DNA of 32,534 nt from a virus, in IMG/VR virus record IMGVR_UViG_3300035510_000237; one strand, 5' to 3'. Positions 19,101 to 29,161 of the stretch are shown piece after piece (position 1 is the first letter of the stretch; each line of letters begins with the position of its first letter). The notes beneath the pieces were generated by a model, which searched no databases, was not told the origin of the DNA, and worked only from the letters and a program-made list of their open reading frames with translations. The position numbers were made by a program, and so were the translations under genes.

Positions 19101-20024
19101 ATTTGGGAGACTTGTGATAAGAAGAGTCGTTTAACTCTTCAAAACTTACCGAGTTTAATTAAATTTGGATTACTTCCAGCTAGAGTAGAAGAAGAGATTA
19201 TGGCTTATCGTGTTTATGAATTTAATAGATACTTAAAAGCCATGTGTAAAACCAAAGACGGCTATTATAAATTAGACGAACGCGCAATTAATTTTCTTAG
19301 TGAAATAGATAAAACCTCTTTAATAAATAGCACGGAAAATGGTTCCATTTATTTTATGTCAGAAAAATCTTGGGACAAGGTTTATCAAAGATGGATGGAT
19401 GTTTTTAGAGATTGGATTAAGAGTGATAAAGATAATATCTTAATGAGCCTTAATAACAGTATCTTCCAAGAGGATTGGTGCAATTATGCAAAAGGCTCTC
19501 TGTCAACTTGGGAAATGGCATCTGTTTGCTTCTATTATCATGAACATGAATTAGCGAATGTTAATAGAGGAATGTATGGGATTGTAGATTTTTATAGCTT
19601 GCCAGAAGACCCTGTAGTTGCAAAAACTTTCTCTAAAGGCGGAAAAGAAATTAAGATTTTTAAGCTCTCTAAGATTTGCGGTACCTGTATTGCCAAAAAT
19701 AAGGCAAAAGGCACAGTTTCCCTATTGACAACCACTGGTGTTGTTGAGGTTAAATTTTCTAAAGAATATTTTTCTATGTTTGACAAACGAATCTCTCAGG
19801 TAGATGCAAAAGGGAAAAAGAAAGTCATTGAGTATAGTTGGTTTAATAGAGGCAGTATGATTCTGGTTCAGGGCATGCGCTCAGGCGATAATTTTGTCGC
19901 TAAGAAATATGCCTCTCAAGGCGGCCATCAGCTTTATAAAATTGATAAACTTGAAGATGACGGTTCTCTTATTCTTCGCACAGAGAGATATACTGGCGAT
20001 GCAGAGGAAGATGATAGTGAATAA
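16104..20024 (+). CDS. dnaE: DNA polymerase III alpha-type (DnaE-like) replicative polymerase with N-terminal PHP domain (1306 aa, no TAG)
   Basis: PHP motifs LHNHTQYSNL and AITDHES. Conserved DnaE motif GRGSGVGFILLYVLGITQINPL. The GTG start directly abuts AAGAGGG, so the start is uncertain. Confidence 0.85.
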   Translation: MVNISERFFPGSLHNHTQYSNLRLRDCIIKENDLIDYAIKLGHEVVAITDHESVSNAVKVQKYYNKIKKEHPDFKVILGNEIYLCRNGLTKDTFIKGEDSYWHFILLAKDAIGHQQIREISTKAWYRSWMTGKMRRVPTYYQDLEDIIGANQGHVIGSTACLGGFLPSLINKYKAAENEEEKDLILNRIHVFCDYMENKIFGKGNFFFELQPSDSEEQTYVNSFLITLSKELNIPYIITTDSHYLAKEDRPIHKAYLNAQNGDREVDAFYATTYMMDTEELESYLDLTENDLEVAYQNIKKIKDMCSDYDLQKSLKIPQLMWKKPESLIHPKAYYNKIPYLQTFVDSDYYGDNVLAQHIVDRLFWDETLQNQASYDAIEECLKMTWESSVVNKTHWSAYYLNLQKIIDVCWEAGSIVGPGRGSGVGFILLYVLGITQINPLRETTKTFAWRFLNPSRVSVLDVDFDIEGGRRPQVLAKFREVYGEDRVANVITFGTEKSKQAILTAARGLEMDNNDAQYISSLIPADRGITRTLHQCYYGDKENDYAPIALFVKEMNNNPELWEIAQKIEGLVCRMGIHAGGVIFVDEPFTNSTGLMRAPDGTIITAFDLHDCEAVSLIKYDALSVEAEDKIHICLDLLCDAGHIQRQNTLKETYESALGVYNLERDDPKMWEMVWNHKILSLFQMEKQSGIQGIALTKPKSVEDLAHLNSVIRLMAQEKGGEQPLQKFARFKHNINLWYQEMDKYGLTKEEQELLKPYLLGSYGICESQEGFMQLVQIPECGGFDLNWADRLRKSIAKKNPKEFDQLAKEYFARVEEQQLSKPLCSYVWNVLVSTSKGYGFNLSHTLAYSLVALQEMNLAFRYPIIYWNCACLITDSGSIEYDDIDIEDKEDQSTNYDKIAQAIGKMRDAGVEISLVNINESGYTFIPDEKNNKIWFGLKGLVNVGDEVVEQIIQNRPYLSVKDFYYRVKPKKNVMIALIKGGAFDSLMDRTECMIWYIWETCDKKSRLTLQNLPSLIKFGLLPARVEEEIMAYRVYEFNRYLKAMCKTKDGYYKLDERAINFLSEIDKTSLINSTENGSIYFMSEKSWDKVYQRWMDVFRDWIKSDKDNILMSLNNSIFQEDWCNYAKGSLSTWEMASVCFYYHEHELANVNRGMYGIVDFYSLPEDPVVAKTFSKGGKEIKIFKLSKICGTCIAKNKAKGTVSLLTTTGVVEVKFSKEYFSMFDKRISQVDAKGKKKVIEYSWFNRGSMILVQGMRSGDNFVAKKYASQGGHQLYKIDKLEDDGSLILRTERYTGDAEEDDSE

Positions 20025-20035
20025 AGGAGAAATAA

Positions 20036-20620
20036 ATGTATAATATTATTGCTCTAATGGGCAAAGCAGGCGCAGGAAAAGATGCGTTAATGAAAACTTG
20101 CCTGGCCCAACATCCTCGGTGGCATGAGATAATTAGCTATACTACTCGCCCTCCTAGAGAGGGCGAGATCGATGGCGTTAATTACCATTTTGTCACAGAA
20201 GAAGAATTTAAAGAAAAAATTAAAAATCATGAAATGCTTGAACATACTTGCTTTAACAATTGGTTTTATGGGACCAGTGAAGACAGTCTTGACAAAAATT
20301 GTTTAAACATTGGAGTCTTTAATCCATCTGGAATTATAAAAATTCAAAAAGAACAAGAACGTAGAGCCACCTATACTATGGAATATACGGATGCTCAAAT
20401 TAATTTGCAAACTTTTTATATAACTACTTCTGATAAAGAGCGTTTATTGCGCCAGCTTAATCGAGAAGAAAATCCTGATGTTAATGAGATTATACGTCGT
20501 TGGCAAGCCGATGAAAAAGATTTTCAATTATTAAATTTTACTTTTGTTAATTATACAATGCTTGACAACAGTGGTGATTTGAATGATGCCGCCTAGCGTT
20601 TGCAGGCCAATTTAGATTAA
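20036..20620 (+). CDS. gmk: guanylate kinase-like nucleoside monophosphate kinase (194 aa, 1 TAG)
   Basis: P-loop GKAGAGKD and guanylate-kinase signature TTRPPREGEIDGVNYHFV. The TAG at 20594-20596 extends the ORF to TAA at 20618-20620. Confidence 0.65.
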
Positions 20621-20630
20621 TTGTTTTATC

Positions 20631-20659
20631 TCAAAACACAAAATATAGTAGACGACTTA
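20631..20659 (+). promoter_or_regulatory. possible promoter (TTGTTT-17-TATAGT)
   Basis: Weak match upstream of nrdD. Confidence 0.25.
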
Positions 20660-20689
20660 AAACAAAACACAAGATGGAGGTATCTATAT

Positions 20690-22918
20690 ATGGCTAAAAT
20701 CATTAAACGTGATGGTTCATTGGCTACTTTTGATAAAGATAAAATCATAAATGCTATTAACAAAGCATTTATCGAAATAGATGGAACTTTATATGAAACT
20801 GATACTGCAAAAGATATTGCCGCAGATATTGAAGATAAGGTCTTAGAAAGTTCTGCAACTATAACAGTTGAAACTATTTAGGATTGGGTAGAAGATTATT
20901 TAATGGCTTCCGATAGAAAAGATGTCGCAAGGTCTTATATTCGTTATCGTTATAAGAAAGAAGTTGTAAGAAATCTTCATAGTGATTTCTTTGATGCTAT
21001 TGGAGAAAAACTTTCAGCTAGTAATGTCCAAAATCAGAATGCTAATGTAGATGAACAATCTTTCGGCGGGCGCATTGGAGAAGCCGCAAGTGTAATGACA
21101 AAGAATTATGCTTTGACTCAAATAGTTTCTGAAATGGCTAGAAAGAACCATGAAAATAATGAAATTTATATTCATGACTTGGATAGTTATGCTGTCGGTA
21201 TGCACAATTGTTTGTCAATTCCTTTTGATGATTTGCTCGCCAAAGGATTTAATACCAGACAAACAGATGTGCGGCCAGCCAATAGCGTAAATACAGCTTT
21301 CCAACTTGTTGCAGTTATTTTCCAGCTTCAATCTCTTCAGCAGTTCGGCGGCGTGAGTGCTACTCATATTGATTGGACTATGGTCCCATATGTAAGAAAG
21401 AGCTTTTATAAACATTATGCTAATGGTTTAAAGTATTGTGAACATCAAGAAAAATATATTGATGGATTTACGAGCGAAATGTCAATACATGATAGTGCGT
21501 ATTATGAATATAGCCCATTGGCATATGACTACGCCATGGATATGACAGTTAAAGAAATCTATCAAGCAGTTGAAGGTATGTATCATAACCTCAATACTCT
21601 TCAAAGCAGAAGTGGCAATCAGTTGCCTTTTACTTCTATTAACTATGGTACGTGCACTTTGCCAGAAGGTAGGATGATAACTAAGGCTCTTCTTGAAGTC
21701 TCTCTTGAAGGACTTGGAAAGCTTCATAAAACTTCTATTTTTCCATGTGGAATTTTTCAATGTATGAAAGGTGTAAACCGCGCACCTGGCGACCCTAATT
21801 ATGACTTATATCAGCTAGCATTAAAATCTACAGCACAAAGATTATACCCTAATTACGCGAATGTTGATTGGAGCGGTAATGCTGGCTATGATATTAACGA
21901 TCCTAGAACATACTTCTCAACGATGGGTTGTAGGACCGCCAATGGCTGGGATATTAACGGTTTTGGCCAGCTTAAAGACGGTAGAGGCAATATTTGCCCA
22001 GTTACTATTATTATGCCAACGTTGGCTATGGAGGCAAAAGAAATGGCTTCTAATAGTGATTTTCAAGTTGAGCCTGAAAAAGCTATAATTCGTTCTTTTA
22101 TGACTTTACTTGATGCAAAAATCTGTGAAGCTAAGGATATGCTTCTGGAGCGTTTTAACTGGATTTGCGCGCAAGACCCCTCTAGTGCAAAGTTTATGTA
22201 TGAGAACAATGTAATGGCTGGTTATGTTCCTGAAGAAGGAATTAAAAGCGCGCTAAAACATGGCACTTTAGCAATTGGACAACTTGGTTTGGCTGAGACA
22301 CTTCAGATTCTTGTCGGCTGTGACCATACAGAAGCAAAAGGCATGGAATTAGCTAAGACGATTGAACAGCTATTCAAGGATAGATGTGCTCAGTTTAAAG
22401 AAGAATATCATTTAAATTTTGGTGTATATTATACCCCAGCAGAAAATTTATGCCATACGGCTTTAAAGAAATTTAAAAATAAATATGGTGTAATTGAAAA
22501 CGTATCTGATAAAGATTTCTTTACTAATAGTATTCATGTTCCTGTATGGAAGGAAGTTAGTCCTTTTGATAAAATTGATATTGAAAGTCAACTAACTGGA
22601 TATAGTTCTGCGGGCTGTATTACTTATGTTGAGCTAGATACAAGTGTAAAGAAAAATTTAGAGGGACTTGAAACCATTGTTAATTATGCTATGGACCATG
22701 ATATACCATACTTCGCTGTAAATACAATTAATGACACTTGTTTAACGTGCGGATATACAGATGAAATAAATGATGTCTGTCCTATCTGTGGAGGAACAAA
22801 AATTCAACAATTACGTAGAGTGACTGGATATTTGACAGGTTCGTATAAAGATGCTTTTAACAAAGGTAAGATCCAAGAAACCGAAATGCGAGTTAAACAT
22901 ACTGGGAGACTCGAATAA
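20690..22918 (+). CDS. nrdD: anaerobic ribonucleoside-triphosphate reductase (class III RNR; 742 aa, 1 TAG)
   Basis: N-terminal ATP-cone MAKIIKRDGSLATFDKDKIINAINKA. C-terminal zinc ribbon CLTCGYTDEINDVCPICGG and glycyl-radical motif RRVTGYL. The TAG at 20879-20881 fuses the track ORFs. The ATG at 20690 follows GGAGG. Confidence 0.85.
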
Positions 22919-23604
22919 TGGGTGTTATATATAAATATGAAAATAATATCAACCATCATATTTATATTGGGCAAAGTGTAAATTTAAAAAAGAGGATTAG
23001 AGAACACAAATGCGCGTTCTCTAATCCTAATAACCCAGATTACGACTTCCCAATTCATCGAGCATTAAGAAAATATGGAGTTGAAAATTTTACTATTTCT
23101 ATCTTAGAAGAAGTAGAAGATAACGCACTTGATGAAAGAGAAGTATATTGGATTGCTTATTATGATTCATACAAAAATGGATATAATGCCACCCCTGGAG
23201 GACAAAACGGAGGAAGCTATAATGGGAAAGAAGTTTGTTTATATGATTTAAATGGTAACTTTGTAAGAAGTTATAAAAATGCTAAAACAGCTTGTGAAGC
23301 AATAAAAGTTTCTTATTCTACAATTTAGCAAGTTTTACATCAAAAAAGACCGACCTGCAAAGGCTATTAGATAAAATATAGAGATGATAATAGAGAGATA
23401 AAAAAGTTTAAATCTCGTCAAGGAGGCGCTATACCTATTTATTAGTTAGAAAAAAATACTAATAATATAATTAAAGAATGGGATAGCGCACAATAGGCCG
23501 CTAGGGAATTAAACTTAGACGCTTCTACCATTACAAAATGTTTAAAAGGTAAATTAAAAAGTCATGGCGGTTATAGTTGGAAATATAAGGAGGAATAGAA
23601 ATGA
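22918..23604 (+). CDS. free-standing GIY-YIG homing endonuclease (I-TevI-like) with C-terminal NUMOD/HTH region (228 aa, 5 TAG)
   Basis: GVIYKYENNINHHIYIGQSVNLKKRIREH reads YIGQS with Gln as CAA. C-terminus ...LNLDASTITKCLKGKLKSHGGYSWKY. The start overlaps the nrdD stop (TAATGG) and its TGA overlaps the nrdG ATG. Confidence 0.75.
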
Positions 23605-24080
23605 GATACGCGGGAATTATATATAACGACTTGGCCGCTGCCCCTGGAATATGTGTAACTTTTTTTACTCAAGGATGTAACCGGCATTGTTTAAATTGCC
23701 ACAATCCTGAGACTTGGGATTTCTTTGGTGGGAAAGAGTTCAGTTATGAAACAATAGCTGATATAAAGCAAGCTCTTCGAGCAAATGGAGTTAAAAGAAA
23801 CTTAGCCATTATGGGCGGAGAACCTTTATGCGAAGATAATTTGTTTTTAACGAACCTCGTTATAGAATCAGTGAAAAAAGATTTGCCCGACACGAAAGTC
23901 TATATTTGGACAGGATATACTTATGAAGAATTAATTTTAGAGGAAGGCTCTAGTTCTCTTTTAAATAATATTTTAAGTAATACAGATTGCCTAATTGATG
24001 GGCCATATATTGATAGCGAGAGAGATATTACATTGCATATGCGAGGCTCTCGTAATCAAAGAATTCTTTATAAAGGTTAG
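23601..24080 (+). CDS. nrdG: anaerobic RNR activating protein (radical-SAM)
   Basis: Reads GICVTFFTQGCNRHCLNCHNPETW and an ...IMGGEPL motif. Confidence 0.8.
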   Translation: MRYAGIIYNDLAAAPGICVTFFTQGCNRHCLNCHNPETWDFFGGKEFSYETIADIKQALRANGVKRNLAIMGGEPLCEDNLFLTNLVIESVKKDLPDTKVYIWTGYTYEELILEEGSSSLLNNILSNTDCLIDGPYIDSERDITLHMRGSRNQRILYKG

Positions 24081-24089
24081 GATTTTTAA

Positions 24090-24734
24090 ATGACAGAAGA
24101 AAAAAGACAGCTCCTACGCCGATAGCATAAGGAACTATTAGAAAAGCTTTCTGAAATGGAAGAGCCTTATGAAGAGACAATAGCAAAAGTTATTGCTGCT
24201 TATATTAAAGATTATCCTAAAAATTGGGCTAATGGCGTAGATGAATTAATTGATATTTTTTATGAAGAATTAACTGAAACTATTTCTATTACAATAAAAG
24301 AAATCAAAAACATTTATACTAGAATAAAAGATTTTGATATTAAAGATGTATTTGATTTAACCTATAATGCAGACGGTCAAACCTTAAAAGCCAGAATCCA
24401 AAAGCATTGGGATTAGACAGAAGAAGCTTTAAATAAACTTGATAAAAATAAGTTTGACATTAGAGATTAGCTACTTAGACAAATTTTAAAAATTTTAGAT
24501 AATGAAACTAAAATTGTTTAGAATAAAGTTATCAAGAATAAAGTCGAGCCTTTAGCAGATATTATTGTAATTGAGGGCGATGGCACAGATGAATGTAGTG
24601 ATTGGTTCGGAGAGCATCCAGTAGGAGAGGTAGAATTACCTCCTTACCATCCTGGATGTACGTGTTCTTTTTATTACGACCAAACAGATGACCCAGATGA
24701 CTTTCAAGACTTAGATTTGGAGCCAAACGCTTGA
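24090..24734 (+). CDS. hypothetical protein with C-terminal PPYHPGCTC motif (214 aa, 4 TAG)
   Basis: ATG at 24090. C-terminus CSDWFGEHPVGEVELPPYHPGCTCSFYY resembles the Mu-F/SPP1-gp7-type HPNCRC motif. TGA at 24732-24734 overlaps the next -35 box. Confidence 0.45.
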
Positions 24735-24759
24735 CTTTTATCAAAAAATATGGTATAAT
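24731..24759 (+). promoter_or_regulatory. sigma70 promoter (TTGACT-17-TGgTATAAT)
   Basis: TTGACT at 24731-24736 and TATAAT at 24754-24759. Confidence 0.5.
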
Positions 24760-24796
24760 TTAAATAGAAAATATAAACGACAGGAGAAAAATTCTA

Positions 24797-25288
24797 TTGA
24801 TTCGAGCAAATACATATGCTGAGATGTTAGCGCTTCAAAACCATGAAGAAGGCGAAGTCTGTTACTGCGACGATGTAGAAAAAGGTTATATTTTTCAAGA
24901 TGGCGAATGGCATGAGGCAGTAGTCAGTTCTAAAGGCGTTGAAATGACTCTTCATGATATTAATAAAAGTATTATTGGATAGCTGCCCGCCTATAATAAG
25001 CATGATTTGAAAAAGGCCAAACAGACAATTCAAAAATGGCAAGCGCAGGATAATGGTGAATTTTATCTGCTATATGGCAAAGAGATTAGTTACTTTACTT
25101 TATTTAAAAAGGATATTGTTGAAGATTCCTTTAGCGATGTAGTAATGGAAATCGTAACTGAACTTGGTCCAATTCATACTATTGAGGAAACTGACCATGG
25201 TATTGAATTTTGGATTAAAGTGGATGATGAACTAATTTATTTTCAGCTATTTAATTATGATATGGGGATTGTGACATATGGAAGCTAA
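24797..25288 (+). CDS. hypothetical protein (163 aa, 1 TAG)
   Basis: TTG start 9 nt after AGGAG. The TAG at 24980-24982 fuses the track ORFs 24797-24982 and 25007-25288. Confidence 0.45.
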
Positions 25289-25535
25289 TAAAGAAAAAGA
25301 ATTGGTTTGTTATGTTAATATGTTTGATGCAGAACAGACTATTACGACCCCAAGAGGGACTGTAAAAGTTCCTAATGGTTTTTTAGCAGCACTTTTACCG
25401 GATATTTGTTTTAAAGAAAATGTTTCTAAAGTCCATTTATTCGGAAATGAACAATACATTAGTGGCATCGTAAAGAATGCCCGTGAAACCGCAAAAACAA
25501 CTTATAATAAAGAAATTGAAATTGAGGTAAATTAA
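25278..25535 (+). CDS. hypothetical protein (85 aa)
   Basis: Track ORF. Overlaps the previous stop. Confidence 0.4.
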   Translation: MEANKEKELVCYVNMFDAEQTITTPRGTVKVPNGFLAALLPDICFKENVSKVHLFGNEQYISGIVKNARETAKTTYNKEIEIEVN

Positions 25536-25536
25536 T

Positions 25537-25782
25537 ATGTCTAAGTATTTAGTTAGTACAACAGAAGTTTATAGAGTAGATAGTGAGCCAGAAGTAGAGA
25601 ATTTTATTGCGGAAGCCAAGGCAGATGATACTTACGAGCTTACGAAGTATAATTGCGAATATAAAGAGTTAAAGAGTAAGGGCGAAGTTTATGATACTTA
25701 TTACAAGGTAACTCTTACTAAAGCCTTTAACGATATTAAAGAGCCTGGATGCCAGGTTGATATTTCTTATGAGGTGAATTAA
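25537..25782 (+). CDS. hypothetical protein (81 aa)
   Basis: Track ORF. Tightly packed with its neighbours. Confidence 0.4.
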   Translation: MSKYLVSTTEVYRVDSEPEVENFIAEAKADDTYELTKYNCEYKELKSKGEVYDTYYKVTLTKAFNDIKEPGCQVDISYEVN

Positions 25783-26208
25783 TTGAATATTAAGCTTTTA
25801 ACAGATACGGCTAAAGTCCCTTATCGTGGGTCTGCGGCCGCAGCTGGTTACGATATTTATGCAGATGAAACTATTATGATTCTTCCTGGTGAGGTATCTA
25901 AAGTTCATACAGGAATTGCTACTGAACTTCCTGAAGGAACATTTGCAGGCATTTATCCTAGAAGTGGCCTTGCTACTAAGAACGGTCTGCGGTTGGCTAA
26001 TTGCGTGGCTGTTATTGACTCAGATTATCGTGGCGAATGGCTAGTTCCAATTTATAATGATTCTAGTTCTCCTCAGATTATTTCTAAGGGCGACCGCATT
26101 GCGCAGATGGTTATTCATAAATATGAGACTGTTGACTTTAATGTTGTTGATAAATTAAACGATACTATTAGGGGTGCTGGTGGTTTTAATTCCACTGGGA
26201 TAAGATGA
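25783..26208 (+). CDS. dut: dUTP diphosphatase
   Basis: All five dUTPase motifs are present: AGYDIYA, RSGLA, VIDSDYRGEW, RIAQMV and RGAGGFNSTG. Confidence 0.85.
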   Translation: MNIKLLTDTAKVPYRGSAAAAGYDIYADETIMILPGEVSKVHTGIATELPEGTFAGIYPRSGLATKNGLRLANCVAVIDSDYRGEWLVPIYNDSSSPQIISKGDRIAQMVIHKYETVDFNVVDKLNDTIRGAGGFNSTGIR

Positions 26209-26696
26209 TAAAACTTTTAGCCCTTGACTAGGCTTCAAATGTTTCAGGTTGGGCTGTTTTTGAAGATGGAAAATTATTGGAAAGCGGCACCTTTACCGCT
26301 AAAGGAAAGGACCTTGGCGAACGTCTTTATGATATTCGCCAAAAGGTCTCCAACCTTATTTCTAAATATAATATCAATTATTTAATTTTTGAAGATATTT
26401 AGCTTTAGGGAAATGTAACCGGTAATGTCCAAACTTTTAAAGCCTTGGCAGAAGTATTTGGAATTATTTATGAATTGGCCACTGAATTAAATATTCCCAA
26501 CGAGGCAGTATTAGCTAGCTCTTGGAAATCTACTCTTGGCATTAAAGGCCGATAGAGAGCGGAACAAAAGCGAAATGCGCAAAAGTACGTCCTGGAAAAT
26601 TATGGCAAAAAGGTATCTCAAGATGAATCAGATAGTATTTGTATTGGCACACACTATTTCCTAAAGCAATAGAAAGTCTTTGACTGGTCGGATTAA
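26205..26696 (+). CDS. ruvC: RuvC-like Holliday-junction resolvase (163 aa, 5 TAG)
   Basis: Reads MIKLLALD(TAG)ASNVSGWAVFEDGKLLESG and DESDSICIGTHYF, with the catalytic Asp/Glu pattern of RuvC/YqgF-fold resolvases. It overlaps the dut stop. Confidence 0.65.
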
Positions 26697-26770
26697 GTAA
26701 AAGTATCCCCTTTATTTTTTATTATCCTTTAGATAGGGTAAATTTTTCGACAAATAAGGGGGAGATTACA

Positions 26771-27205
26771 ATGGTGGAATTTGTCATAAAGTACTGGGTT
26801 GAATTTGTATTTGGTTTAATCGTTACTGGCGGAGGTTTGTTCTTAAAACGCTTTTGGACTTTGACCAAAGAAAATTAGCAAAAACAATAGGACGAATTTT
26901 ACAGTAAAATTAAAGAAGAAATCAACAAAAGTACTGAATAGTCCCAAAAGGATGATAGTCTCTTACAGGGTGAAATTGATGACTTAAAGACAGCCATGGA
27001 AGCTCTACGCAATGGAGTATTATCTCTCTAGGGTAGATAGTTCAAAGCAGAATGTATGAGACTCTTAGAAGAGGGACACGAAATCACGATTGAAGAATTT
27101 AAAGACCTAGATAAAGACCATGATGTGTATAACGCTTTAGGCGGAAACCATAATGGCGATCACCTTTATGACTTAGTAAAGAAAAAAGTGGAGAATAAGT
27201 TGTAA
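26771..27205 (+). CDS. single-pass membrane coiled-coil protein (144 aa, 6 TAG)
   Basis: RBS AAGGGGGAG. N-terminal TM helix VEFVIKYWVEFVFGLIVTGGGLFL. TAA at 27203-27205. Confidence 0.45.
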
Positions 27206-27212
27206 AAAAAAT

Positions 27213-27250
27213 AAGGGGACTTAGTAATTAAACTAAGTCCCCTTATTGTG
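27213..27250. terminator. bidirectional rho-independent terminator
   Basis: 13-bp perfect stem AAGGGGACTTAGT/ACTAAGTCCCCTT. The T-run on the minus side is TTTTTTTT and a weaker one lies on the plus side. It separates the convergent genes at 26771 (+) and 27251 (-). Confidence 0.7.
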
Positions 27251-27736
27251 TTAGGTATTAATCTTTGTGGCTAAAATTGCTATTTTCTTCTGAAGAAGTT
27301 GCTTTTCTTCAGCAGTAGCTTCTTTAATCATTTCCATTATATCGTCGGATAAATCTTGTGCGTATTTTTCCAGCTCTTTCATTTCCATTTCTGCGTCATG
27401 TGCCATCTTAGCTTCCATATATTTTGTTCTAGTGTGCGGGCTTTTACCCATCATAGTAGCATCAGTATGGTCGTGGCTAGTTCGAGAAGTAGTATCATAA
27501 GAAGTATAATGCTCACGGGTCATGCCTCCCTCACGGCAAGACTGGTGGCAATATATTTCAGATTCTGAACCTTCTTCCATTGCCCTAATAGCAGTATGAT
27601 AATACATAGCTTCTTCTAAGTCTTTTATCATATCTATTGCTTCACCAAGTTCTTTGGCGTCCACGCAATCTAAATGGCTCATTTCAGTAGCGACTTTTTC
27701 CATTAAAGTCTTTTTCATCCATTTAAGTTTTTCCAC
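27251..27736 (-). CDS. hypothetical Met/His/Glu-rich protein (161 aa)
   Basis: RBS AGGGTGG 7 nt before GTG at 27736. An alternative ATG lies at 27718. No TAG. Confidence 0.45.
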   Translation of the reverse strand: MEKLKWMKKTLMEKVATEMSHLDCVDAKELGEAIDMIKDLEEAMYYHTAIRAMEEGSESEIYCHQSCREGGMTREHYTSYDTTSRTSHDHTDATMMGKSPHTRTKYMEAKMAHDAEMEMKELEKYAQDLSDDIMEMIKEATAEEKQLLQKKIAILATKINT

Positions 27737-27738
27737 TG

Positions 27739-28158
27739 TTAAGCCACCCTTTCAATAATAATATTTGCGTGCTCCACACTAATGGACTAATCTCCTACAT
27801 TCATGACACTAATCTAAGAGCAGCAGTTTTTTGGTACATCCACAAATACAGAAGAAGAAACATTATTAAAATCTTCTACATCTCCTGGAGTGGAAATCAT
27901 AGTTGTAGATACTATTGGCTCACCATCAATCGCTATTGCTAAACTGGCAGGACCGGCAGTCCCACCAGTAGGTATAGCAATATTGGCACCAAAAGTAATA
28001 CGGTATCTAGCTCGACACTATTGCGTCAAGCCACGTAAAGTTACTAAGCCGCTACCAACCCGATGTAGCATACTACAGTTGCCTGGAATTACAACTGTAG
28101 TAAATAAAATATCTTGATTAGTAGAGACTGTCTGAACAGCATTACTTGTAAGCTCCAT
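27739..28158 (-). CDS. hypothetical beta-rich protein (139 aa, 3 TAG), possibly a C1q/BclA-C-terminal-like domain
   Basis: RBS AAAGGAG 9 nt before ATG (plus CAT 28156-28158). Reads ...GANIAIPTGGTAGPASLAIAIDGEPIVSTTMISTPGD. Confidence 0.45.
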
Positions 28159-28175
28159 AATCTTAATCTCCTTTA

Positions 28176-28889
28176 TCAAGCAGCGCAATTACAGCCGTTA
28201 TAGGTATAACCATATAACTGAGATGCTGGAAATGCTGGAATAGGGGTTGGGCGCAGTTGATTGACCAAATACTGGTTCTGCGAGCACTGTGAAAGCTAGA
28301 AGTTTGCCCCTAAAAGTTCAGTATTCTTAGCTTCTAAACGGTCGCGTAAATCCTGCATAGTATTAGAATTAATCAGAGCGCGAGTAGCTTCGCCTTCCTG
28401 ATGAATAGCGTTAGTGATATCGCAGGTATTCTGCGCAGCAGCATAACGGTTCTCCAGGATATTTTGCTTTACATCACAGCAACAAGATTGCATAGAATAG
28501 CGATTGTCTGCTAGATTTTGATTTACAGTGTCAAAGCCCTGCGCAACAGAACTAAAGCCTGTACACAAATCACGCTGTAAATTTCCAAAATTTGTTAAAA
28601 GAGTAGTATTATTGCTGTAGAATCCATCACATAAACCCTATGAGAGTCCACGAACACCATTTTCAACCTACTGGAAATTCATATCTTGCGCGAGTTCGCC
28701 TCTTGTTAAAGCTCCCTAAGCAGATGAATTATTGCTGCCCCAGGCACCATTACCGCCCCAGCCCATAAACATGAACAGGAACAATATGATAATCCACCAT
28801 GCGCCTCCATTACTCCCACCGAAACCATCTCTATCGCCAGTTACTGCGGCGAGGTCAGATAAAGAATAACCACTTGCTTCGTTAAACAT
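28176..28889 (-). CDS. membrane protein with Gly/Trp-flanked TM helix and Cys-rich C-terminal region (237 aa, 4 TAG)
   Basis: RBS AGGAGG 9 nt before ATG (plus CAT 28887-28889). TM segment GGAWWIIILFLFMFMGWGG resembles the YjcZ-family TM motif. Cys clusters CCCD and YNGCNCAA. Confidence 0.45.
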
Positions 28890-28915
28890 AAAAAATTGCC
28901 TCCTAAAAATATATA

Positions 28916-29149
28916 TTATTTAATCCCAAGCTATTGCTTAAAGGAATTAAATTCGGTATCAAAATCTACGCCTTTCTATTGGCATAGATTACGAGCAATT
29001 TGTTCAATCTCCGCAGTTTTATTATTCTTGGCTAAATTTAATAAATTACTTCCTAATGGAGTATCTGCCATTTGAGATTCTAACATATTCAACACAAATT
29101 GTTGAGGATTACTGCCCATCTACAGAAGGGTCATTGGATTTATATTCAC
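28916..29149 (-). CDS. hypothetical small protein (77 aa, 3 TAG)
   Basis: RBS AAGGAGGG 6 nt before GTG (plus CAC 29147-29149). TAA at plus 28916-28918. Confidence 0.4.
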
Positions 29150-29161
29150 TTATATCCCTCC

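Noticed and set aside
20621-20689. ATG at 20621 as the nrdD start
   Set aside because: The GGAGG RBS lies inside this stretch and is correctly spaced for ATG 20690. The ATP-cone begins at 20690.
329-23604. TGA as an additional recoded codon
   Set aside because: TGA cleanly terminates several genes: 329-523, the ThyX-like gene, both standalone endonucleases, and 24090-24734. It falls at conserved protein ends.
27890-28117. Plus-strand 75-aa ORF
   Set aside because: Antisense to a minus-strand gene that has a strong RBS and tight operon spacing.
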